Notes: generated from the sequence alone by a model not told the origin. Shown: positions 1 to 10,266, counted from the first letter of the stretch. The stretch: 64,000 nt of DNA from Candidatus Latescibacterota bacterium (GCA_965198115.1 OZ240241.1:6496001-6560000); one strand, 5' to 3'. Numbers and translations are program-made.

Positions 1-496
1 CGTTGATTCGGATGTTGCGAGCATCCGCGACGCGTCTTGCCGCCACGTTGTAGCACGCGGCATCACCTTTGACGCGGCCGTTTGCACCCTCGGGAACGGG
101 TGTGGTGGATGCCCAGATGAGGACGGCACCAGTAGTGGCAAGACGATCGGCTATCGCTGCGAGGTTCTTCTCGTAGTCCTCGATGGGAACCTGATAGCTC
201 CCGACCTCGGGAGACACCATTTGACCATCGTTATCGATGATCTTCAGATCGTGAAGGCCGAAATTGTAGTGGATGACGGACCACGGACCTCCAGCGATCA
301 TTTCATCCAGATGTTCCACGCCACGACTGGACGGCCCGCAATTGATAGCGGGGCGAAACACATTCGCTATACCTTCGAGCTTGGCTCGAGTAGGTAGCGT
401 GTAACCGACGGAGATGCTATCCCCGATCAGAAGAACAGAGTGGAGCGAAGGATCGACGTCGGGTGGGGCGAAAGTGGGGTTCTCTTCCGCACTCAC
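1..496 (-). CDS. SGNH/GDSL hydrolase family protein (3' end outside window)
   Basis: Manual translation from GTG at 496, which overlaps the upstream stop: ...VLLIGDSISVGY...NCGPS...IHYNFGLHDLK...WASTTPVP (SGNH blocks I-III). Not in the ORF track because it runs off the edge. Confidence 0.85.
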   Translation of the reverse strand, partial: MSAEENPTFAPPDVDPSLHSVLLIGDSISVGYTLPTRAKLEGIANVFRPAINCGPSSRGVEHLDEMIAGGPWSVIHYNFGLHDLKIIDNDGQMVSPEVGSYQVPIEDYEKNLAAIADRLATTGAVLIWASTTPVPEGANGRVKGDAACYNVAARRVADARNIRIN

Positions 497-1437
497 TTCG
501 TGTTACCAAGGATCGACGTGGCGAGTTCCATGGTCTTGATGGCCTCGTCGAGGTTGGCAGCGGGAAGACCGACGGGGCGGTCGCTTTTGATGCACTCTAT
601 CCAGAAGCGGTTCTGCTCTTCAGTACCGTTCGTGGGTCCCTTCTCGATCGGATGGGATTCGCCGTGGACGAAGACTTCGCCGCTGTGGACGCCTTCCATG
701 TAGACAGAGATGTCGTGGCCGTGGATCTCGTAGCGCTCGAGACGGGCATCGGTCGTGTAGTTGTGGCTGAGCTGGGCGATGACGCCGTTTTCGAAGACGA
801 CGAGCGCAGCGTGGACGTCCCTGTAGGCGGACATGGATCGACGGGAGACACCGTGTACTTCGGCGACATCGGCGCCGGCAAGGGCGCGTATGGTGTCGAT
901 CGAGTGAATCGGCGTTTCGAGAAGCATCTGATCGAGGAACTCGCGGGGGAAGATGCCCGAGTCCGCAATCCGGGTAATGCTTTTGTGGAATTCGCCGACC
1001 AGCTGCGTAATCGGGCCGCGCTCGAGGACCTGCTCACGAGCCTGGACGATGACGGGATGAAAACGCCGGTTCCAACCGATCACGACTTTCGCGCCCGACT
1101 TGTCGGCCGCGTCTTTGAGGCCACGCGTCTCGTCGACCGTCAGGCCGGGTGGTTTCTCGATGAGGGTGTGGACGCCTCGCTCGATGCAGGGGAGGGCAAC
1201 CTTCCCGTTCAAGTAGGCGGGCGTGGCGACGACGACCGCATCGATACCGGCGTCGAGCAGGTCATCGACGGACGTGTATTGAGTTTCGATGCCGAATTCC
1301 TGGGCAGCGGCTTCCCTGCTCTCGTCCACGGGGTCGCACAAGGCCGCGAGCTCGACATCATCGAACCCTTGTAGAATCCGAAAGTGGCCCTTGCCTCTGC
1401 CTCCACACCCGATCAACGCGACGCGAACTTTCGACAT
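493..1437 (-). CDS. Gfo/Idh/MocA family NAD(P)-dependent oxidoreductase
   Basis: N-terminal IGCGGRG Rossmann motif, EKP motif, GWNRRF, HSID. Confidence 0.9.
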   Translation of the reverse strand: MSKVRVALIGCGGRGKGHFRILQGFDDVELAALCDPVDESREAAAQEFGIETQYTSVDDLLDAGIDAVVVATPAYLNGKVALPCIERGVHTLIEKPPGLTVDETRGLKDAADKSGAKVVIGWNRRFHPVIVQAREQVLERGPITQLVGEFHKSITRIADSGIFPREFLDQMLLETPIHSIDTIRALAGADVAEVHGVSRRSMSAYRDVHAALVVFENGVIAQLSHNYTTDARLERYEIHGHDISVYMEGVHSGEVFVHGESHPIEKGPTNGTEEQNRFWIECIKSDRPVGLPAANLDEAIKTMELATSILGNTK

Positions 1438-1449
1438 AGCGTTCTCCTC

Positions 1450-2313
1450 TCAGTTCTCTGATATCCAGCTATCTTCCGTGTAAGGCTCACGATCGAACAT
1501 TTTGGTGCGTTCGGGATCCGCCCGATCTATCCACTCCTGGGGGATAGCCTGTGTATAACGATGGGGCGGCCCCGACTCCTTGAAAATGTCGATCGTAAAG
1601 ATACGATACGCCTGCGGCGAGTCGAGGGGTTTAGGCTCGACGCCGTGGAACATTCGAGCGTTCAGGTAGACGAAACTGCCAGGCGGGAGCTCGAGATGGA
1701 CACACTCGAGTTTTCTCCCCGCTTCCGTGTCATAAGCACCGGACAGCATGGCTTCGGGCGTCGCCTCTTGTATCGGGGCAACGCGATGACTGCCCGGAAT
1801 GACGCTGAGACTACGGTCGCCTTTCTTGAATCCGTTTGGATAGTAGAGGATCTGGATGTAGTAACGATGACGCTCGGCGTGGTTGATCGGGTTCTCGTGT
1901 TTCCAGTGGTGATGGTCTTGGTGAAATGGAACGCGTGGCGACGCGCGCATCGCCAGGTTCATGGCTGAATGGCAGAAGTGATAGTCGGGCTCGATCGTTG
2001 CCGCGAGGAGGGCCCTCACGAGTGGTGCGTCGATGAAGGCATCCCCCCACTGCCCGCGATCGTTCCACGGGCGAATGAAGTATTGCGTCTCATTCTCCCG
2101 TTCTTCGGGTGATGCGTTCAGAAAGTCGGCAACTGGCTGCGAGGTGATGATCTCTTCGACGAGGCCTTCGCGCGCTTCGTCCGTCATGGCGTCGTGGAAA
2201 GCCACGTAGCCGTCGCGATGGAAATACTTGATCGCGTCTTTCGATGGCACGTCAAAGCGGAAGGGGTTAAGCGGTCCGTTCACGAATTCGGTGTCTCCTC
2301 GCTTAAACGACAC
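1450..2313 (-). CDS. Phytanoyl-CoA dioxygenase (PhyH) family Fe(II)/2OG oxygenase
   Basis: FHRDGY, HQD (HxD), VIPGSH and distal FHG His. Confidence 0.85.
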   Translation of the reverse strand: MSFKRGDTEFVNGPLNPFRFDVPSKDAIKYFHRDGYVAFHDAMTDEAREGLVEEIITSQPVADFLNASPEERENETQYFIRPWNDRGQWGDAFIDAPLVRALLAATIEPDYHFCHSAMNLAMRASPRVPFHQDHHHWKHENPINHAERHRYYIQILYYPNGFKKGDRSLSVIPGSHRVAPIQEATPEAMLSGAYDTEAGRKLECVHLELPPGSFVYLNARMFHGVEPKPLDSPQAYRIFTIDIFKESGPPHRYTQAIPQEWIDRADPERTKMFDREPYTEDSWISEN

Positions 2314-3481
2314 CGTTCTCTTTCATTTTCTGCACCTCGGTCTCGCCGAAACCGAATTCGGCGAGGATTTCGTCCGTGTGTTCGCCCCTTTCGGGTGTGC
2401 CTCGATAGGGCATATTCGGTGTGCCGCTAAGGTTCGTGGCGTTCCGGACCACTTTGTGGCGGCCGATGGCGGTGTTGTCGACCTCGCGCGCCATGGCGAG
2501 ATGCTCAACCTGGGAATCCGCCCACATTTCATCCATCTTATAAATCGGTCCGCAGGGGACACCCGCTTCGTTCAGGATGTCGATCCATTCGGCACTCGTC
2601 TTCTTGATAGTACAAGCTTCCAGATCCGCATTGACGGCATCGCGGTTATCGGATCGCAGCAGTCCATCCGTATACCGTGGGTCGTCGATGAGATCGGGCA
2701 CGTCGAGTGCTTTGCAAAGCCGTTGCCAGATCAACTCACCCGCCGTGGCGATGTTGATGTAACCGTCCGATGTCTGGAAGACGCCGGTCGGAATGCTCGT
2801 CGGATGGTCGTTGCCAGCTTGCCCCGGTACCTCCTCGGCGATGATCCATCGTGCGGCTTGGAAATCGAGCATGGCGATCTGGGCTTCGAGCAGTGAGGAG
2901 TGGACGTGCTGGCCTTCGCCCGTTTCCTCACGCTGAAGGAGCGCGGTGAGAATACCCAAAGCTGTGTAGAGTCCAGCGGTGAGGTCTGCGACGGGAATGC
3001 CGACGCGAACGGGGCCCTGACCGGGTAGACCGGTAATCCACATGAGACCCCCTGCGCCCTGCGCGATCTGGTCGAAGCCGGGACGTAAACTGTAAGGCCC
3101 TTCCTGGCCAAACCCGGAGATGCTGGCGTAAATGAGGCGTGGATTGATCGATTGGCAATCTTCGTAGCCGATTTCCAGACGTGTCTTCACGTCGGGACGG
3201 AAGTTTTCGACGACCACGTCCGCCGACTCGACCATCTTCATGAGAACTGCGTGGCCCTGTTCGGCTTTTAGGTTAAGTGTCATACCCCGCTTGTTGCGAT
3301 GCAGGTTCTGAAAGTCCGGGCCGTGACGGGGACCGCCCATGCTACCGGCCTGGTCGATGGCTTCCGGGACTTCGATCTTGATGACGTTGGCACCCCAGTC
3401 GGCGAGTTGGCGTACGGCTGTCGGTCCTGCGCGTGCTCGCGTGAGGTCGAGGACGGTGAAGCGGGAAAGCGGGAAGGACAT
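2303..3481 (-). CDS. Family III CoA-transferase (CaiB/BaiF)
   Basis: VLDLTRARAGP, LADWGANVIKIE, NRNK-like HRNKR, VENFRP, GFDQIAQ with the catalytic Asp. Confidence 0.92.
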   Translation of the reverse strand: MSFPLSRFTVLDLTRARAGPTAVRQLADWGANVIKIEVPEAIDQAGSMGGPRHGPDFQNLHRNKRGMTLNLKAEQGHAVLMKMVESADVVVENFRPDVKTRLEIGYEDCQSINPRLIYASISGFGQEGPYSLRPGFDQIAQGAGGLMWITGLPGQGPVRVGIPVADLTAGLYTALGILTALLQREETGEGQHVHSSLLEAQIAMLDFQAARWIIAEEVPGQAGNDHPTSIPTGVFQTSDGYINIATAGELIWQRLCKALDVPDLIDDPRYTDGLLRSDNRDAVNADLEACTIKKTSAEWIDILNEAGVPCGPIYKMDEMWADSQVEHLAMAREVDNTAIGRHKVVRNATNLSGTPNMPYRGTPERGEHTDEILAEFGFGETEVQKMKENGVV

Positions 3482-3662
3482 TAGGGAAATCCCAAATTAG
3501 GAAATTGGCACATCCTGGCACGAGCCCGGGCAAGATAGGCATCCACAGCCGGAGTTGTCCAGCGCAGGCGCCTTTGGACGCCCGAGGAGGGTTAGAAGTC
3601 TTACCTTCTTGAGTTCCGGGGCTGGGCGTCGCAATGAATCAACGTCCAAGGAGGTCGTGTTC

Positions 3663-4515
3663 TGAGCAGCACTCAGACGATCTGGTTGACTCTTTCCATC
3701 CTGGCCAGCTTTGGCTTTGTCCAGTTGTTCAAGCTCGGCCAACGCCGCGGCTTCCATTCGCCAACGGTCGTTTCGACGAACTACCTCGTTGTCGGGATTT
3801 TTCCCTCTTCGGCTATGTGCTCACCACGGGGCAGTTATCAGTGCCGTCGGGGGCCCTGGTAACCGGGCTTGTCACGGGATGCGTCTTCGTCAGCTCGCTG
3901 AGCCTCATGACAAAGACGCTCGACCGCGCTCCAGCCGGTGCAGTGTTCACCGCCTTCCGAACGTCCATCGTGGTTCCAGTCGTGCTGGGAGTCTGGCTCT
4001 GGCAAGAATCGATTACGCTCGAACAGCTGACAGGTATCCTCCTCTCCTTCCTCGCGTTGGTTATGATGACGCCACGCGTGGACGGGAGAGGTCAGGTGGC
4101 GGGACCGAAGGCGATTGCCCGGCTTCTGGCGATCTTTCTGCTGGAGGGTTGCAGCCACTCGTGTCTGCGGTCCATCCACTACAACGGACTGGACGACGCC
4201 TTCCTGGCGGTTCTGATGGTGATGGGAGGAACAGCGGGGACGGTCGGATGGCTGGCAATAGCGCTGACGAAACGGCGGCCTCAACGCGGCGAACTCAAAC
4301 TCGGTGGATTCATCGGGGTCTACAACGTCTTTGCGCTATGCGCCGTCCTGATCGCCTTGAGCCACTTGCCAGGTACGCTGTTCTTTCCGGCGATTGGATG
4401 CAGCGTTATTCTGCTCGACAATCTGGCTGCGCACTTCTTCTGGCAGGAGCGTCTAAACCTTACGGCTGCGGCCGGTGTCGCCGTTGCAGCACTTGCGATT
4501 TTTTTGGTGGTTTGA
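3663..4515 (+). CDS. EamA/DMT superfamily membrane transporter (frameshift near 3800)
   Basis: About 10 hydrophobic segments. The true N-terminus (LTLSILASFGFVQLFKLGQRR...NYLVVGI) lies in another frame and joins ORF 3634..4515 at the TTTTTCCC run near 3800. Start codon uncertain. Confidence 0.7.
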
Positions 4516-4569
4516 TGCATGGCGTCCCCGTGCAGAGCACGGAAACGAGCGAGCGGTCGATCATTTAAT

Positions 4570-4655
4570 GGGCCCGGTGGTTCAGAAACCATCAAGACCG
4601 GGCCCCGCTCAATAGAAGATGCATACGCTCGCCCCTGGGCTCCGCCCGGGGGCGA
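4570..4655. terminator. Two GC-rich hairpins between convergent genes
   Basis: GGGCCCGGT...ACCGGGCCC and CGCCCCTGGGC...GCCCGGGGGCG; no strong U-tract. Confidence 0.4.
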
Positions 4656-4668
4656 TTTGCGCGGCGCT

Positions 4669-5854
4669 TCACTTCGCCGAGGGCCCCGCCGGCGTCTCCT
4701 TGCTGTAAAGCCCTCCGCCCCGTTCGTAGCTGACGGTGACCTCGCCCTCGTCGACGTCCAGCCGTGGAACATTACGCTCGAAATTGTCGCGATCCGGTCC
4801 TCGCATGACGGACAGCTGAGCATCGCTCATACCCTCGACGACGCTTCCCCACCGGTTCTCCGGTTGAACCAGCTCGCCACCGCTGCGGTTGAAACTGCGT
4901 GACGAGTACTTGATGAGCACGCCTCTTCTGGAGAGTTCGCCCTTCCAAGGGTAGGTGCCGTGGCAGGTCGCGCCGTCGGCGAAGAAGAGCATGTCGTCCA
5001 TCACATTGCGGAGCACCTAGTTCTTGGTGTAGATGGACGGGTGGAACGTCGGTCGTGACGGATCGACACGGGTGGTCTTCGTGCCGTCGGTGATAATGGC
5101 GGGGGGTGGTGTTGTGTCACGGTAGCCGGGAGTGTGCTGTCGTCGCCCGCTCCTCCTCGGTGAGGTCGGTGTGCCAGTCGGGTCGCGGCATGAATTCGGC
5201 CGCGGGTCCTGTTCCGGCGGATCGGATTACACCGCGGCTGGTGTATTCGAAACTGAGTAGACGCGGAACCGAGTTCTTCGTCCAGGCACGCATCCCCTGG
5301 ACGACTGAGAGACCAACGATGAGGAGATCGCCAGCCTTCACCACTGGTTGTCGCGTCAGGCCAATGTCGTCGTTTCCGGTCAAAACGTCTTTGGGGATCT
5401 CCACATTGGCCTTGTGCGTGTGCGGGATGAGGACGAACCCACCGTCCCCGTCGCCGACGTCGGACAGAGCCCAGATGACGCGGACGCCCTCGCATAGCCT
5501 TCGTCCGTTCTTGTAGTAGTAGGTCGTACCGGGCTCGCGGGGTTCGTTGCCACCCACGAGCGGACGATCGACGGCGTCGGGATCGCGACCGAGCAGTTCT
5601 GGAAGTCGATCGAGCTTGAAGCCTTGCGACGTGATCTGGTTCAGATACCAGACGAGCTGCGGATGGATGAGCAGATCGCGAAAGGGTTCACGCTGTCCTT
5701 CTGGTAACCCGAGGAATCCTTCCGTGGCGCCCGATTCGTCGATCACGTCGTTCAGGCGAGCAACCTCACCCGCATTCAGTACACCCGGGACGTGTAAGAA
5801 TCCGGTGACGTCGAAGTGATAGTTTTCCTCGTTACTCATCTGGTCACGGTCCAT
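4669..5854 (-). pseudogene. Tandem two-domain PhyH-family dioxygenase, disrupted
   Basis: The first domain (FDVTGF...LIPHTH) is in ORF 5117..5854. Then a frameshift near 5135, an in-frame TAG at 5017-5019, and a very short second domain (VLRNVMD directly joined to DMLFFADGATCHGT), implying an internal deletion. Confidence 0.7.
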
Positions 5855-5905
5855 TGTTCCTCTCCCCTGCAGTAGGCCTTGTTTCCGTGTGTTCGGTGGC
5901 CCAAC

Positions 5906-6943
5906 TCAGTTTATGAGCGGTAGCCTCATGGTTTGTCCTGACTGGGCAGACCGGGCGACAGCTTCGGTGAATTCCATGTATCGCACGCCTTCGTAGAAGC
6001 TCGTATCGCCTTGGGGTCCGCCGTTGATGGCGTTGATAAAGTCGATCTCGGTCGTCCAGCCAGCGATCTCATCCTCGGGAATCGGAATTGGCTTGAGGTC
6101 GTCGTCGTGGGCCTTGCTGCCTTGAATGTTGTCACCCATGTCGTAGATGAGCGTGCCGTCGCTACCGTAGATCTCGATCTGGTGCACGATCGATGTGTGG
6201 CGGTTCATTGAAGAGAAGATGAACGCGCCTTCCGCCCCGTTCTCCAACTGGCCGAGGACGTGGATTGTGTCTGGTCGTTCGACAGGACCCGTGCCTGGAC
6301 CGTCTGGCAGCTTCCGCTCGCGGATGAACGTTTCGGAGTGGGCGGTTACGGTGGACAGATAGCCGACGACACGGTGGATGCGTTCCATTGTGATGCCCAT
6401 GGCCAGGGCGTTCAAGCCGGAATACCGGTCGATGTCCCGCCAGTGGAGCGGCACGTCCGGGTCGAGATGATTCCTGGCCAGGTCCCGCACGTAGACGTTG
6501 TAGATCTCCCCGCAGTACCCCTCGTCGAGCAACCATCGGAGAAATCGCTGACCTTTCCAAGCCGGCGCCGGGCAGATCTGCGTGACGAGGTCCGACTCCT
6601 GTGCAGCCGCGTACATCTGTTTTGCCTCGCGGAGATTCATGGCCATCCGCGCCTGTACGAAAGCGTGCTTCCCCGCGGCGAGTGAGGCCAATACGAACGG
6701 ACAATGCTTATAGGGCCAAGTGCCAATCATGACAGCGTCGACATCGTCGCGGTCGATCAGCTCCTGAGGATCGGTCGTGAAGTCTGGGCGTAGCTCGAAT
6801 TCAGCCGCGATCTTCTGGGCACTTTCGATGCTGCGATTACAGATCGCGACGACTTCCGCATCGTCGATCTTCGCGAGCCCAGGGAAGTGACGGGAACGGA
6901 AGATGCCACCAGCACCGATAACACCAATTCTGACTTTAGGCAT
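5906..6943 (-). CDS. Gfo/Idh/MocA family oxidoreductase
   Basis: IGAGGIF Rossmann motif, IGTWPYKH, QARMA variant of the EKP motif. Confidence 0.9.
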   Translation of the reverse strand: MPKVRIGVIGAGGIFRSRHFPGLAKIDDAEVVAICNRSIESAQKIAAEFELRPDFTTDPQELIDRDDVDAVMIGTWPYKHCPFVLASLAAGKHAFVQARMAMNLREAKQMYAAAQESDLVTQICPAPAWKGQRFLRWLLDEGYCGEIYNVYVRDLARNHLDPDVPLHWRDIDRYSGLNALAMGITMERIHRVVGYLSTVTAHSETFIRERKLPDGPGTGPVERPDTIHVLGQLENGAEGAFIFSSMNRHTSIVHQIEIYGSDGTLIYDMGDNIQGSKAHDDDLKPIPIPEDEIAGWTTEIDFINAINGGPQGDTSFYEGVRYMEFTEAVARSAQSGQTMRLPLIN

Positions 6944-7062
6944 GGGTTACTCCTGAAAAACTGCGCCACTGAGGACACTGAGAGAAAATGAGGGTGGTTG
7001 ATTTTCGCGTTGAGGCTCCATTGGAGTTCGAGACCAAAGTAGTCAGTCGGGACGAACATTGA

Positions 7063-7096
7063 CACCGTCACACTGAGCGGGAGTCGAAGTGTCGGT
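7063..7096 (+). repeat. 34-bp REP-like direct repeat, copy 1
   Basis: CACCGTCACACTGAGCGGGAGTCGAAGTGTCGGT; 33/34 identical to 8275..8308. Confidence 0.9.
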
Positions 7097-7131
7097 TCTC
7101 AGAAAACACCATTCCTTCACCAGGGATGACC

Positions 7132-8217
7132 CTACGAGAGCATCCTCTCGACGAAGGGTTTCAACTGTTTCACATCAAAGGACATGGCGTTCTCGAAGAA
7201 CATCATCTCGGCGGTTGCGACGCCAGGGACTGGCGACGGGTGAAGCCCGCTCAGAATGAAAGTTCCAGTTTCTTTCGCCAGCTCGTTGTGCCGTTCTAGA
7301 AGTGTTTCGTGATCGCCACGGATGTAGAGACGCAGCATGTTCGTATGGGGCGGGTCGGGATTGATGGTGATCTCATCGAACGAGGTGAGGATGGCCGCGA
7401 TTTCGTGTGCCTTTTCGACCCAGCCGTCGATTTGTGGCAGTGTTTTCTCGAGTCCCACCTTTGCTGCGGCAACAAGAGGGCCCTGTGTGACGAGATTCCC
7501 GCCTTGCCAGCGAAGCCATACACGTGCTTCGGCGATGAACGCCTCCGACCCCATCAAAATGGAGCCGGCAATCCCACCTAGATCCTTGTAGAATGAGACG
7601 TAGACACTATCGAAGAGCGTAGAGATCTCGTCGTAGTTTTTTTTGTAGAAGGGACGGCATTGCCAGATCCGGGCCCCATCCATGTGGTGGGGGATGTCAT
7701 GATCTCTGGCCCAGTCGGTGATTGCGTTAAGTTCATCCCACGTCGGCAATACGCCTCCGAGCGGACGATAAGGTAGTTCGGTCAGGATCGCGCCCGGTCG
7801 GGCACCGAGCCCTTCGAAGTCTTCAACGGTGAGCATCCGGTCGCCTACTGCTTCGTAGCTGCCGAATTGAAGTCGCTTGAGATTGTGCAGGAACAGAGGT
7901 CCACCGTGCTCGGCGGTGATGAGGTGAGATGAAGGGTGCAGGGCAATCGAGAAATTGCGGTCCTTCTCACACCAGATACGAAGCGCGATCTGCTGTGCCA
8001 TCGTCCCAGATGGCATGAAGACCGCCGCCTCCTTCCCGAACATCCCAGCGACATCCGATTCGAACTCCGCGATGTAATCGCCGGATCCGTAGTTGTCACC
8101 GTACTCGTCCCCCGACAGCGCATCGGACAGGTTCCGCAATGTCTCTTTAATAGACCGTCGCGGACCGTGCCCACGAAGCACGTTCGAGCATAAGTCGATG
8201 AGATCCGGTTCACGCAA
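7132..8217 (-). CDS. Low-specificity L-threonine aldolase family (PLP-dependent)
   Basis: FMPSGTMAQQIAL, HMDGARIW, SFYKDLG (PLP Lys). Probable TTG start at 8217 behind AAAGG. Confidence 0.88.
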   Translation of the reverse strand: MREPDLIDLCSNVLRGHGPRRSIKETLRNLSDALSGDEYGDNYGSGDYIAEFESDVAGMFGKEAAVFMPSGTMAQQIALRIWCEKDRNFSIALHPSSHLITAEHGGPLFLHNLKRLQFGSYEAVGDRMLTVEDFEGLGARPGAILTELPYRPLGGVLPTWDELNAITDWARDHDIPHHMDGARIWQCRPFYKKNYDEISTLFDSVYVSFYKDLGGIAGSILMGSEAFIAEARVWLRWQGGNLVTQGPLVAAAKVGLEKTLPQIDGWVEKAHEIAAILTSFDEITINPDPPHTNMLRLYIRGDHETLLERHNELAKETGTFILSGLHPSPVPGVATAEMMFFENAMSFDVKQLKPFVERMLS

Positions 8218-8274
8218 AAACGAAAACCTTTCACCACAGAGAGCACAATGTCCGCAGAGGTCGGTGCGGGATTG

Positions 8275-8308
8275 CACCGTCCCACTGAGCGGGAGTCGAA
8301 GTGTCGGT
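8275..8308 (+). repeat. 34-bp REP-like direct repeat, copy 2
   Basis: CACCGTCCCACTGAGCGGGAGTCGAAGTGTCGGT. Confidence 0.9.
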
Positions 8309-8554
8309 CATTAATCCTACTTTATTCGATAGCGTACCCAGCTGATGATCGGTCCGATGTGTGTCACAGTACCGGTACCGTAGGGTGAGAAAATCTTCTC
8401 GTAACCTCGCGAGGTAAAGCAGTTGTCGACGATGTCGAAGGTGCCGCCACCTTTGAGCATCCCACGCTTGAAGAAGTGAACATGTATCGATCGTGCTGCT
8501 CGTAATCCATAGAGATAACCATCCAGAACAGTCACCCGCTCTCCCCGTCTCCCG

Positions 8555-8593
8555 CCGTGTCCTGAGTAGGCTCGTAAGAGCCGTATCGCAGGG
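8555..8593 (-). repeat. REP-like element (CCCTKCGATACG...CTACTCAGG family)
   Basis: Reverse complement CCCTGCGATACGGCTCTTACGAGCCTACTCAGG matches the element at 10267..10300. Confidence 0.6.
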
Positions 8594-8602
8594 TTCTCCC
8601 GC

Positions 8603-10183
8603 TCAGGTTTTATAGATGTCCTCCATCTGCCAGGCATTGAGCGAAATAAGCTCGGAGGGCGCACCCTGTGAACGGAGCGAGACACCGACGCTGTTCTGCC
8701 GATCGGGATACACGCGAGCCGCGACGCATTGGGTGTTGTTGACGAACACTTCCACGACGCTTCGATCGACGAAGATACGAAGCGTGAGTGTGTCGTTTTC
8801 GTCGAACGGGACCTGCGCGGTTTCGGGAGCTCGGCTTCGGACATCGGCTGCCGTCGACGAATACGAAGTGTCGAGTGTGACCACGCTTGCCGGCGCATTG
8901 GTTCTCTGAACGCGATCGCGGTAACCGCGTTCTCTGTAGAACGAGATGCGAGTGACTTCCTCGCGATTCGGTGAGCGCAGCACGTTCAGCTCGACCATCG
9001 GAGCATCCTTCGGGTCGATCTCGGCGACGATCTCTATCGCATTGCCGGACACGTCGTCGAGCACGACTTCTTCATTTGCTTGAAGTGTCTGCGCTTCTAC
9101 CTGGACGTGCGTTCCACGAAGCGACTCGACATCGCCGGCGGGCTCCACGAAAACGGCATCGCCATCGATCGTGAGTCGGCGCGGCAGCGTCATGATCTGG
9201 TTCCAGTCCTTCGTCGGCTTGCCCGGGTTCATGTTGAAAAGGACGATGATCCCGTCCTCGTCATCAGGTACTGCAGACGGTGCGTGGACACCCGATGGGC
9301 CCCAGGGGCCGAAGTTGAATTTGGCGCCGTGGGTGACGACGAATTTATCACGGTCCGTGTCGTAATCGCCGAGGAGGTACTGGCCGCCGCTCATGTGACT
9401 GAAGAAAAGGAGCATGTGTCGGTCGCCGATCGGCCAGAAGTAGGGGCACGCACCATCGTCACCGACGAGGGTGTAGTGATCCATCTCCACGAATGGGTGC
9501 ACGTAGTCCCAATGCTCGAGATTGGGCGATCGGTAGAGGAAGTTGGCTCGGATCGGCTTGCCACCGGGTCCGTTCGGGAGCGTGCCGCCGGCGATCGAAT
9601 AGTAGTGATCCCCCTTCTTCCAGATGCAGGGGTCGAATACGCGGGGCGTCTGGAGACCGTCGGGAACGGGCCCTGTATAGAGTCGATCCCCATCGGAAGA
9701 CTGCGGAATCACGGCCTTGTTCGCCACCTTCTCCCAGTTGAGGAGAAGTGGATCGTTGGAGATGGCGACCATGTTGCCCACCTCGGTTCCGTGATACATA
9801 GCGATGACGCGATCGTCCTCGACCAGGGCGGCGCCGGAAAAGCAGCAGCGTTCCGGGTTGGGGTATATGCAGTAGGGGAGATCGCGCCAATGGATCAAGT
9901 CGTCGCTGACGGCGTGGCCCCAGTGCTGGCGCGTGTCTTCGGGCGGGCAGGCCTGGTAGAAGAGATGCCATCGACCCTGCCAAAAACAGAGGCCGTTTGG
10001 ATCGTTGAGGTTGGCTTCGGGGTTGACGTAGTGGTAGATGGGACGATGCGGATCGTCGGCGTAGTTGTTCCGGTATGCGTTCATCCGCTGCAACAGCGGA
10101 TTGGACGCGAGCGCCGCCGCCTGTTCTTCGAGCGATCCGGTCGGGAAAGTGTGGAAGGGAACGGCGGAGGTGTAGTCTGGCAT
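8603..10183 (-). CDS. Glycoside hydrolase family 32 protein with atypical catalytic motifs
   Basis: NLNDPNG, WHLFYQ, WGHAVS, FSG, C-terminal IFVDRSVVEVF. RDP appears as FDP and WECP as GACP. Confidence 0.88.
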   Translation of the reverse strand: MPDYTSAVPFHTFPTGSLEEQAAALASNPLLQRMNAYRNNYADDPHRPIYHYVNPEANLNDPNGLCFWQGRWHLFYQACPPEDTRQHWGHAVSDDLIHWRDLPYCIYPNPERCCFSGAALVEDDRVIAMYHGTEVGNMVAISNDPLLLNWEKVANKAVIPQSSDGDRLYTGPVPDGLQTPRVFDPCIWKKGDHYYSIAGGTLPNGPGGKPIRANFLYRSPNLEHWDYVHPFVEMDHYTLVGDDGACPYFWPIGDRHMLLFFSHMSGGQYLLGDYDTDRDKFVVTHGAKFNFGPWGPSGVHAPSAVPDDEDGIIVLFNMNPGKPTKDWNQIMTLPRRLTIDGDAVFVEPAGDVESLRGTHVQVEAQTLQANEEVVLDDVSGNAIEIVAEIDPKDAPMVELNVLRSPNREEVTRISFYRERGYRDRVQRTNAPASVVTLDTSYSSTAADVRSRAPETAQVPFDENDTLTLRIFVDRSVVEVFVNNTQCVAARVYPDRQNSVGVSLRSQGAPSELISLNAWQMEDIYKT

Positions 10184-10266
10184 TGGGATCTCCGTTGGGT
10201 TGGTGATCGGGGAAACCCCAATTTGGCGAAGATATTCGTCGTCAGAAAGGGATTTGAGCAGGCGAG

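Noticed and set aside
3504-3520. Sigma54-like TGGCACATCCTGGCA
   Set aside because: GG-to-GC spacing is 9 rather than the required 10 nt.
7063-8308. Integron attC cassette array
   Set aside because: No tyrosine integrase in the window, and the repeats lack canonical attC R-box ends; kept only as REP-like repeats.
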